Position numbers and translations under genes: made by a program. Under the pieces are notes generated by a model. The model saw nothing but the letters and a program-made list of their open reading frames with translations. It ran no database searches and was not told where the DNA came from. Shown piece after piece: positions 1 through 6,551 of a DNA stretch of 32,000 nucleotides (its first letter is position 1; every line of letters starts with the position of its first letter). The DNA is from Candidatus Saccharimonadota bacterium. Lineage in GTDB: Bacteria > Patescibacteriota > Saccharimonadia > Saccharimonadales > UBA4665. The stretch is taken from assembly GCA_016699955.1 (NCBI GenBank), contig CP064993.1, positions 930,001 to 962,000 of the forward strand, given 5' to 3'.

Positions 1-201
1 GCTTAGCCGGCATATTTTGTTATACGCACCTCGGAGTTTGAAACTGTGCACTGGTTGCATATCTTCTCGCTTGAGATAAACGTGTGCGCCGAGCTGCCTG
101 CTCAGTTTTTGGGCTTTCTCGAGCGGAGTTTTTTGGGCGACATCGTACACGCGAGATGTCAGTACCTCGCGGACGATATCGTTGATAGTTGTTGGGCTCA
201 C
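1..201 (-). CDS. ilvA: threonine ammonia-lyase (threonine dehydratase), N-terminal 67 codons; the gene continues past the left edge
   Basis: Not in the ORF track because it runs off the edge. Manual minus-strand translation from GTG 201..199 gives VSPTTINDIVREVLTSRVYDVAQKTPLEKAQKLSRQLGAHVYLKREDMQPVHSFKLRGAYNKICRLS. It contains the PLP-lysine motif SFKLRGA of Thr/Ser dehydratases. The start overlaps the ridA stop (GTGA). Confidence 0.8.
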   Translation of the reverse strand, partial: MSPTTINDIVREVLTSRVYDVAQKTPLEKAQKLSRQLGAHVYLKREDMQPVHSFKLRGAYNKICRLS

Positions 202-566
202 TTTGACTCCCGAAGGAGCGCAACGGCTTCAATTTCTACAAGTAGCGGATGGTCGGCTACGCGTGGTAACTGCGCAACGGCAACACAAGTGCGCGCGGGT
301 GCGGTTCCTGCAGCCTCAAACACAGCGGCGTATACCTCATTCATAGCGGCGTAGTGCCCCATGTCTATCAAGAAAACGGTCGTTTTTACGACACAGTCAA
401 GCCCACTTCCGGCCTCATCTAGCACGCTCGCAAGGTTTTCAAGCGCTTGTTTAACTTGGGGTGTGATGTCTGCTTCGGCCTTCCCCTTCACCGCCCCAAC
501 CTGGCCAGATGTGTACACAAAACCGTTGGCCACCCTAGCAGGACTATACGGCCCATAAGTTTTCAT
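198..566 (-). CDS. ridA: RidA/YjgF/TdcF-family enamine/imine deaminase
   Basis: 122-aa ORF with typical family length and pattern (GPYSPA.., VKTTVFL, PARTCVAVAQLP..VEIEAVA). Sits directly upstream of and overlapping ilvA, the classical functional partner. Confidence 0.9.
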   Translation of the reverse strand: MKTYGPYSPARVANGFVYTSGQVGAVKGKAEADITPQVKQALENLASVLDEAGSGLDCVVKTTVFLIDMGHYAAMNEVYAAVFEAAGTAPARTCVAVAQLPRVADHPLLVEIEAVALLRESK

Positions 567-900
567 AAGTTAATTTCTCCTGTATTTACTTTGGTTGCAT
601 GTGGTGGCTCAACAACATATCCAGTGAAGCATAGGCCAGCGTCTCTACCTATCTGTCTTCTTCTTTCTACTTCAGCAAATTGTTCCGCACGTCCACGACG
701 ACTGGCGCCACGACGGTACATAGAATCAAGGGCATTTGTAACAGAAAAAGCATATTCTTCAGTTTTTCTAGTTTGATTGGGTTTATTTTTCCATCATCCA
801 GGAAGGCTTCCCATGCTCTTTGCCGTGTTGCTGTTGCGGATTGTGCTATGCTTATTTGTTCTCTCGTACCATATTTTCCTGCGTAGTTTCTTTTAGCCAC
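563..900 (-). pseudogene. small hypothetical gene readable only in two frames (frame A 667..900, frame B 563..793); a -1 shift is needed
   Basis: Frame A: (GTG 900..898) AKRNYAGKYGTREQISIAQSATATRQRAWEAFLDDGKINPIKLEKL, then degenerates into junk. Frame B: ..KTEEYAFSVTNALDSMYRRGASRRGRAEQFAEVERRRQIGRDAGLCFTGYVVEPPHATKVNTGEINL*. The frame B stop overlaps the ridA ATG (ATGA at 563..566). A-runs at 760-793 are candidate indel sites. Confidence 0.35.
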
Positions 901-1067
901 TATACTACTACCTCGACGCAAGCTTTCATAACATCAGTAGTGATTCTTTGTCCGGTGTCTCCTTGTAAACGAATAGAATCTTGAACATCAGGACGGCCTG
1001 GATAACAGGCAGCATGTCTTTCAGGGTCTTCTAAAAAGGGAAAGCTATTCCATGTATTATTATTCAT
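900..1067 (-). CDS. hypothetical 55-aa protein (MNNNTWNSFPFLEDPERHAACYPGRPDVQDSIRLQGDTGQRITTDVMKACVEVVV)
   Basis: Below the ORF-track size cutoff; found by manual translation. ATG 1067..1065 is preceded by AGGA 8 nt upstream. It is the first ORF after the attenuator terminator. The TAG stop overlaps the GTG of the next ORF (TAGTG). No recognisable family. Confidence 0.3.
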   Translation of the reverse strand: MNNNTWNSFPFLEDPERHAACYPGRPDVQDSIRLQGDTGQRITTDVMKACVEVVV

Positions 1068-1099
1068 ATTAATTATCCTATCTATATTCTTAAATTATT

Positions 1100-1121
1100 A
1101 AAAAAGGCTTCGGTTGAAGCC
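1100..1121 (-). terminator. intrinsic terminator of the ilv-operon leader (GGCTTC-AACC-GAAGCC followed by T6)
   Basis: Minus-strand hairpin at 1121..1106 followed by TTTTTT at 1105..1100. It lies between a promoter/leader ORF and the downstream ORFs. Its 5' half plus loop (GGCTTCAACC) is perfectly complementary to GGTTGAAGCC at 1171..1162. Confidence 0.65.
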
Positions 1122-1149
1122 ATTTTGGGTTTCGGACTGTGCTGACGAG

Positions 1150-1236
1150 TTATGTTCTCGAGGCTTCAACCATGCTGAAGCACAGCCCGTTAAGGCCGAG
1201 AATAATTATTAGCTGTTGCTTCAAAGTTGATGACAT
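1150..1236 (-). CDS. candidate 28-aa attenuation leader peptide MSSTLKQQLIIILGLNGLCFSMVEASRT
   Basis: ATG at 1236..1234 lies 7 nt after the -10 box, so the transcript would be leaderless. Codons 9-13 are CTA ATA ATT ATT CTC (L-I-I-I-L). The TAA stop at 1152..1150 lies between the antiterminator strand and the terminator. Confidence 0.55.
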   Translation of the reverse strand: MSSTLKQQLIIILGLNGLCFSMVEASRT

Positions 1237-1243
1237 GTTGGTT

Positions 1244-1272
1244 ATACTAACTTTCGTTTGCTGCTTTGTCAA
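1244..1272 (-). promoter_or_regulatory. sigma70-type promoter TTGACA-17 nt-TAGTAT
   Basis: Minus strand: TTGACA (1272..1267), 17-nt spacer, TAGTAT (1249..1244). Sits immediately after the stop of the upstream ORF. Confidence 0.55.
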
Positions 1273-1549
1273 CCTTTTTTTCGGCTCAGTCCAGGCATAC
1301 ATGTAAATACTAGTGGTGGGTCGTACGAGCTAAGCCAACCTAATTCTTGCATATACTGTGGGTTTGATACTAACGGGACTTGTAGTTCCGTTTCGTTAGC
1401 AGTTATCCATGGGAGTGATGTATTCGTTACCATAGGTTGTGCGTACGCCTGTATCCCCATTGCACCTAATCCTTGTTGAAGCATAAACATCCTTTCGACA
1501 TCGCTTGCATCTGGAGTTAAGATATTTATTACATGCGAACGTCGGCCCC
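1269..1549 (-). CDS. hypothetical ORF fragment distal to the poly-G tract (..LTPDASDVERMFMLQQGLGAMGIQAYAQPMV..GLSRKKG*)
   Basis: Part of track ORF 1269..1634. The non-homopolymer part is protein-like, but there is no recognisable family. It is in a different frame from the ORF on the other side of the tract. Confidence 0.25.
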
Positions 1550-1628
1550 GGGGGGGGGGGGGGGGGGGGGGGTGGGGGGGTGGGGGGTGGGGGGGGGGGT
1601 GGGGGGGGGGGGGGGGGGGGGCGGGGGG
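1550..1628. repeat. 79-nt near-homopolymeric G tract (T at 1573, 1581, 1588, 1600; C at 1622)
   Basis: Read directly from the sequence. It produces poly-Pro and poly-Gly pseudo-ORFs on both strands. Confidence 0.95.
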
Positions 1629-1962
1629 AGGCAAAACGAACTGATGAACCGATGATCCTCGAACCCATTAACCTTTCAGCGCTAATACCCATAAATGCCC
1701 TGTATAGGGCAGGATGCCGAAATTCGACGCTGTTATTTTCATCTGGCGCTGGCGCTTTAACGTGGGGGATTTTCAGCTCTAAAAGTATTGCGGCCAGTAT
1801 CTCCAGCGCCTGTATGTCACTCGGAATAATTTCCTTTCGAGCCATGTGTACGGCTCTGCGCTGCCAAGCAATGATATTTCCGATTTTTTTAACGTCGTAT
1901 TTTAGTCGTTCAAGCTGTATGCTTTCGACGATATCGCTAAAGTTACGTTTTCCAACAGCCAA
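1629..1962 (-). CDS. hypothetical protein, N-terminal ~111 aa, interrupted by the poly-G tract
   Basis: Track ORF 1396..1962 (MAVGKRNFSDIVESIQLERLKYDVKK..AERLMGSRIIGSSVRFASP, then poly-Pro). TTG start abuts the tmk stop. No recognisable family. Confidence 0.35.
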
Positions 1963-1963
1963 G

Positions 1964-3577
1964 CTAGGTTTCCCTAGTGATTAACTGATGTAAGAAAGTT
2001 GTCCGTGTTTCAATTGCGCTAAGTATTTGTTGCTGTTGAGACGCTGTGGATGATTTGATTAGGTCACTTAGGCCAATAAATGAAACGACGGTATGCCAGC
2101 GTTGTTTGTGGCCGAGTAGGGTGGCGTACTGAGACTCGGCGGTGAAGCCACGTGCCTGGAGGATGCTTACTAGGGTGAGGCTTTGATCAAATATGGCATC
2201 GTAATCATCGGTTAGGTCGGCCGCCTCTATCTCTGGGGGCATGTCGTAGCCATAGCGAGGCGTGAGGGCTTGAAGTTGAACGTGCTGCTGCAACTCTTGT
2301 GAAAGGTCAGTCAAGGCAGAAAGGTCTGTCAACAAATCAAATTCAAAACGCGTTGATTCAAGCACTTTGCTGCTTGGGTACTTCTGCAAGTAGTCCAGAA
2401 AAAGGCGTGCTTTTACTTCGTATGGCCATTTCTCCACTGTTTCCTTCACTTCATTCATCGGCATGTCGAATGCCTCGTAAAGCATGGCAGGTAGCAAGTC
2501 GAGTTCGTTACGCGGTATTACAGAAGCTAGCCGGACGGGTGTTGTGTCGCTGCTGTATGCGTTTGGAAGGGTTGATAAGACGTCGCCTGGGAGCTGCAGT
2601 TGTTGTTTGTTTGCCAGTAACGATAGTAGCGGCTCTGGTGCGCAGGCTACTGGTAGCAAAGATTTGAGTAGTTCGAGGGAACGCGCGTAGGCGCTAGATT
2701 CGCTGTCGGTTGTTGTACCTTGTTTTTGCATGTACCCTGTGAGGGCTTTTGCCAGCTTCCGTCGAGCTGTCAGGATACGTTCTATATCATCACAGTAGTC
2801 ACACTGTATGTCGTCGGGTAGAGATGGCGGTACGAAGTAGGTTGTTTGTTGCTCACCGTGCTGCATGTCTCGCTTTGTTTTGAGTACCTGAGCAGCCGGG
2901 CTTTTAGCAAGCAGATCCGCCACTGCAACTGGTTCCCGCACTACTGCTTCGCTCAAACCAAGCAGCTGAGCAACATAGCGCCAGACATCTTGAAACGTTT
3001 CGTCGGCTCGGCCGGTTGCATAGATGACAGGCATGTTTCGCTGCTTCGCTTCCCATAAATACCCAGCGCGGATGCGTTCCAGCATTTCGGCGCTCAGATT
3101 GTCAAACCGTTCGTTCTCGCCCCTCTTCTGAACTCTTTTTTGCAAAACGTCGACGGGCGCGTCAAGCACTAAGGTCATATCTGGCCACATATCACCAACC
3201 GCGAACGCAATAATGTCGTTCAAGCGGTTATATTCAGGTATGTCACCTCGGCCGTAAAATTGCACGGCCAACGTTGTTAAGTAGCTTCGGTCGACAATGA
3301 CAATGTTACCGGCTTTTCGCGCTTCGCGAACTGCTTCAAGTGACTGGCTGCGGGCAGCGTTGTACAACAACACCTCCGTACGACTGTTCATGGGGTATTT
3401 TGGGTCTTGTGTTAAGCGGCGAATTTCAGTTGTGGTCGGATCTGCCTGGGCATCGGGTTCCTGCATCTTGCGCACGCTAAGTCCTAAACGCTGTAGCTCA
3501 TGCACAAGCATATCGGCAATTGTAGTTTTGCCAACACCCATAGCACCTTCTAAAACAATATATTTGCCATCATTCAT
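1964..3577 (-). CDS. tmk: thymidylate kinase (N-terminal ~215 aa) fused to a ~310-aa C-terminal domain of unclear function (weakly ThyX-like)
   Basis: P-loop IVLEGAMGVGKTT, then EP.., NAARSQ, VDRSYLTTLAVQ and PDMTLVLD match the Tmk layout. ATG at 3577 (MNDGKYIVLEG) is preferred over the track GTG at 3604. C-terminal domain: see findings. Confidence 0.75.
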   Translation of the reverse strand: MNDGKYIVLEGAMGVGKTTIADMLVHELQRLGLSVRKMQEPDAQADPTTTEIRRLTQDPKYPMNSRTEVLLYNAARSQSLEAVREARKAGNIVIVDRSYLTTLAVQFYGRGDIPEYNRLNDIIAFAVGDMWPDMTLVLDAPVDVLQKRVQKRGENERFDNLSAEMLERIRAGYLWEAKQRNMPVIYATGRADETFQDVWRYVAQLLGLSEAVVREPVAVADLLAKSPAAQVLKTKRDMQHGEQQTTYFVPPSLPDDIQCDYCDDIERILTARRKLAKALTGYMQKQGTTTDSESSAYARSLELLKSLLPVACAPEPLLSLLANKQQLQLPGDVLSTLPNAYSSDTTPVRLASVIPRNELDLLPAMLYEAFDMPMNEVKETVEKWPYEVKARLFLDYLQKYPSSKVLESTRFEFDLLTDLSALTDLSQELQQHVQLQALTPRYGYDMPPEIEAADLTDDYDAIFDQSLTLVSILQARGFTAESQYATLLGHKQRWHTVVSFIGLSDLIKSSTASQQQQILSAIETRTTFLHQLITRET

Positions 3578-3715
3578 AGCTCTGTAACATAATATAACTA
3601 ACACCCCTCATTTGTACACTGTCCAATCGAACACTCACACTGGCTCCCATAACAAAAGTATTGCAACCGCGACACAAATGTTATGGGGTTTTGTTGTATG
3701 CTGACGAATCGGAAA

Positions 3716-3724
3716 TGCTATAGT
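3716..3724 (+). promoter_or_regulatory. extended -10 element TGcTATAGT, 8 nt upstream of the folA ATG
   Basis: TG at 3716-3717, TATAGT at 3719-3724, ATG at 3733. No Shine-Dalgarno fits in the 8-nt gap. Confidence 0.4.
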
Positions 3725-3732
3725 GGTGTAAT

Positions 3733-4221
3733 ATGATTGCAATTGTTGTGGCGGTGGCCGAGAACGGAGTAATTGGGTCGAGGAATGACCTGCCGTGGTA
3801 CTTGCCTGCCGACCTGAAGCACTTCAAGAAAGTTACCAGTGGGCATACAGTGGTAATGGGCCGAACTACATTTGAGTCAATTGTAGCGCGCCTTGGAAAG
3901 CCTTTGCCGAACCGTAAAAACGTAGTTCTGTCGCGGGATAAATCTTTTGAGCACAAGGGAGCTTCGGTTATACACGACATTCAAGAGATTGCTACGCTTG
4001 CAGAAGACGTCTACGTTATTGGGGGTGCCCAGGTTTACGCGGCCATGCTTAGTAGTGCCGATATGCTCTACGTGACGCAGGTGCATGCCAACATTTCTGG
4101 GGATGCGCATTTCCCTGGCATAAACCCAGCACAATGGCAGGAAGTTTCGCGTGAGTCGCATGTGGCAGACGAAAGAAATCAGTATGACTACGATTTTGTG
4201 GTGTACAAGCGTTGCCGTTAG
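3733..4221 (+). CDS. folA: dihydrofolate reductase
   Basis: MIAIVVAVAENGVIGSRNDLPWYLPADLKHFKKVTSGHTVVMGRTTFESI.. and VIGGAQVY match the canonical DHFR signature and length (162 aa). Confidence 0.9.
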   Translation: MIAIVVAVAENGVIGSRNDLPWYLPADLKHFKKVTSGHTVVMGRTTFESIVARLGKPLPNRKNVVLSRDKSFEHKGASVIHDIQEIATLAEDVYVIGGAQVYAAMLSSADMLYVTQVHANISGDAHFPGINPAQWQEVSRESHVADERNQYDYDFVVYKRCR

Positions 4222-4260
4222 GAAATTTCCAGTGGTATACTACATGTAGCGAGGGGAGAT

Positions 4261-5247
4261 TTGATGGCAGCAATAAGTACACACAATGCGCCGGTAGCAT
4301 ACCGGCAAGAGCGTAGTCCAGACGAGCAATATAAACGGTTATTAGAGCGTATTCGCGGCACTGGAGCACCAGCGAAGTCGGGTATGGACGAAGGCTCTAC
4401 TGAGGTGCTCGGCGCTATTCTAGAATATGATCTCGAAAACGGCTTTCCGCTCATTACCGAACGTGACCTAACTCAGGTATCGACACCAGAAGCAATTGCT
4501 GCATACGTGCCTGACGTCAGTCACCGGCCACTCGCGGGCATGGTGAAACAGTCTGTCGGAGAAATACTCGGCTTTATTAACGGTGCTAGGACGCAGGAAG
4601 AGCTTGAAACATATGGCTGCAAGTTCTGGAAGCCGTGGACGTCTGACGAAGACAAGGCTAAAAAACGAGGGCTTGAACTAGGTGATTTAGGCCCGGGTTC
4701 ATATGGTGCGGCTTTTCATGACTTCCCGACTCTTGAAGAAGGCGGCTTTAACCAGTACAAAGTTATGTTAGAGCAGATAAAAGCCCGACCAGAGCTACGA
4801 ACGCACATAATTACGCCATTTATACCACAGTACATTTCTAGGGCACCAGGACGACAGCAAAAAGTGCTCGTTGTGCCGTGTCACGGTCTGCAGCATTACA
4901 ATATTGATATTGAACGAGGTGAAATGTCGCTTGTCCATTTCCAGCGCAGCGGTGACGTGCCAATTGGGGTGCCGTTTAACATGGTGCATTACGCCCTGCT
5001 GCTTATTATGGTGGCACAAGTGACGGGTTATAAACCCCGCAAACTTGTGCATATTATTTCTAACGCGCATATGTACAACCAACACACAGAAATGGTAGAA
5101 GAGCTATTAAGGCGTCCGGCCTATCCATTTCCGCTACTCAAAGTCGACCCAAGTATCAAGCGCCTTGAAGATTTTCGCACTGAACATTTTTCGATTCACG
5201 AGTATAAAGCTCACCCACCTCTTCGCATGGGGGGGACGGCGGTCTAG
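4261..5247 (+). CDS. thyA: ThyA-family thymidylate synthase, divergent
   Basis: GFPLIT, FWKPW, GDLGPGSYG, VPCH (catalytic Cys), FQRSGD, VPFN and AHMYNQH align with ThyA blocks. Sits directly downstream of folA. ATG at 4264 is preceded by GAGGGGAG. Confidence 0.8.
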   Translation: MMAAISTHNAPVAYRQERSPDEQYKRLLERIRGTGAPAKSGMDEGSTEVLGAILEYDLENGFPLITERDLTQVSTPEAIAAYVPDVSHRPLAGMVKQSVGEILGFINGARTQEELETYGCKFWKPWTSDEDKAKKRGLELGDLGPGSYGAAFHDFPTLEEGGFNQYKVMLEQIKARPELRTHIITPFIPQYISRAPGRQQKVLVVPCHGLQHYNIDIERGEMSLVHFQRSGDVPIGVPFNMVHYALLLIMVAQVTGYKPRKLVHIISNAHMYNQHTEMVEELLRRPAYPFPLLKVDPSIKRLEDFRTEHFSIHEYKAHPPLRMGGTAV

Positions 5248-5685
5248 ATGGCAGGCTACGTCAATCTCGATAATGCGCGGCATGATGATCAGCGTCAGGT
5301 TATGCAAAATATCAAAGAAGCCGAGGTATGCCCGTTCGACGAAGAACACCTGGCAAAATACCATAAACTGCCTGTGCTCAGACAAGGAAAGTATTGGTCA
5401 ATTACTGCAAACCAGTGGCCATACGAGTACACCCAGATTCACTTGTTAGCCATTGCCAGAAAGCATGTAGAGTCAATAGAGCAACTACCAGATGGTGCTG
5501 GCGAAGAGCTGTTTGGACATGTTAGCTGGGCAATCAAAAAATATCATGTCGACTTTGGCGGGCTTGCCATGCGTTTTGGCGACGTGAAGCACAATGGTGC
5601 ATCAGTTAACCACCTTCACGCACATTTGATTGTACCGAATAAAGACAAGCCGGCTGACGCAAAAGTGCGTTTCAAGATCAGCTAG
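5248..5685 (+). CDS. HIT-family nucleotide hydrolase/transferase
   Basis: Histidine-triad motif NHLHAHLIV near the C-terminus. 145 aa. ATG abuts the thyA stop (TAGATG). Confidence 0.8.
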   Translation: MAGYVNLDNARHDDQRQVMQNIKEAEVCPFDEEHLAKYHKLPVLRQGKYWSITANQWPYEYTQIHLLAIARKHVESIEQLPDGAGEELFGHVSWAIKKYHVDFGGLAMRFGDVKHNGASVNHLHAHLIVPNKDKPADAKVRFKIS

Positions 5686-6550
5686 TCGGATACTTTTTAA
5701 GCTTTTGTCGAGAAGTAGCAGGTGTTTTAGCAGTAATTTTTATGATTTCAACGGCGTTATTCTTTAATATCGATTGGCCGTCAATGCTGGCATATCCTTC
5801 GACATAGTAACACTGCGTGATGCCGCTGGCAGCGATAAGCTTAGCACATGTCGGGCACGGAAAGGTTGAAACATAAATTGATGTACCTGATAACTTTTTG
5901 CCCTCTGCCGCTGCTTTGCCAATCAATCGAGATTCGGCATGAATATCGATACTTGTATCGATTGCAGACCCACGGTTAGCAAGAATCCTAGGGTCGCCGT
6001 CGATAGCAGATGAAAAAGCGGTCGGCACTGAGCCGTTATGTGCTGTTGCGACAAGCTCACCATCAGCTACAATCGCAGCCCCGACTGTACGCCACCAGTT
6101 TGTGCTCTTGCTAGCCTCAGCGTAGAGCGCCGCAATGATAGAATCATTTCCAGCCACACTAAGGACTTTATCAGGGTGGACGACTTGATTTGTGTCGATT
6201 GCTTGACGATCCCACCGTAAAAATACAGGCTCAAAAGTTACTTCAGAAGCTCCAAACTCTTTTGCAAGCGCATGGGAAATATCGTCGTCGGGCATAACAA
6301 CTCCACCTGAGCGTAAGACTTCTTTTAGGGTAGGTTCGTCAATAACCTCTGCCACTCGGCCAATGCCACGAAGTATTGTGGCCACCTTTTCTGGATGGAG
6401 CGCTCGGATATCTTTCCGCAAATAGTCAAACCGCTTGCTGAGAACGTCTTTACCAAGGACACCTATGGAAGCACCTGGGTATTTAGCAAAAAAGTTGACG
6501 TAGCCTTCGTGGATTACTGGTACATAGCAGATGATATGCTGCGATGCCAT
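5678..6550 (-). CDS. dCMP/cytidine deaminase-fold protein (C-terminal CDA domain) with a ~140-aa N-terminal domain of unknown function
   Basis: Zinc-binding motifs HAESRLI and PCPTCAKLI in the C-terminal half. The N-terminal half has no motif I recognise. Confidence 0.8.
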   Translation of the reverse strand: MASQHIICYVPVIHEGYVNFFAKYPGASIGVLGKDVLSKRFDYLRKDIRALHPEKVATILRGIGRVAEVIDEPTLKEVLRSGGVVMPDDDISHALAKEFGASEVTFEPVFLRWDRQAIDTNQVVHPDKVLSVAGNDSIIAALYAEASKSTNWWRTVGAAIVADGELVATAHNGSVPTAFSSAIDGDPRILANRGSAIDTSIDIHAESRLIGKAAAEGKKLSGTSIYVSTFPCPTCAKLIAASGITQCYYVEGYASIDGQSILKNNAVEIIKITAKTPATSRQKLKKYPTS

Positions 6551-6551
6551 G

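Noticed and set aside
46-354. Plus-strand ORF 46..354 and minus-strand ORF 20..232 at the left edge
   Set aside because: Both overlap the well-supported ilvA/ridA frames, and their products are Arg/Ser-rich and low-complexity. They are shadow ORFs.
1090-1243. Metabolite riboswitch or T-box in the ilv leader
   Set aside because: I see no T-box sequence (..GGGTGGTACCGCG..) or specifier-loop layout, and no core motif of the purine, preQ1, ZTP, fluoride or guanidine classes as I remember them. The Ile-rich leaderless mini-ORF explains the alternative hairpins more simply.
1396-1984. Poly-Pro (minus strand) and poly-Gly (plus strand, 1505..1984) proteins predicted across the G tract
   Set aside because: They are translation products of the homopolymer itself. 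The plus-strand ORF is an antisense shadow of the minus-strand ORF and has no independent support.
4261-5247. Calling the ThyA homologue a dUMP/dCMP hydroxymethylase, implying a DNA hypermodification pathway together with the deaminase and kinase
   Set aside because: The specificity Asn (PFN) is the dUMP type, the catalytic core is intact, and folA is immediately upstream. The ordinary thymidylate cycle is the parsimonious reading, and sequence alone cannot support a modification system.
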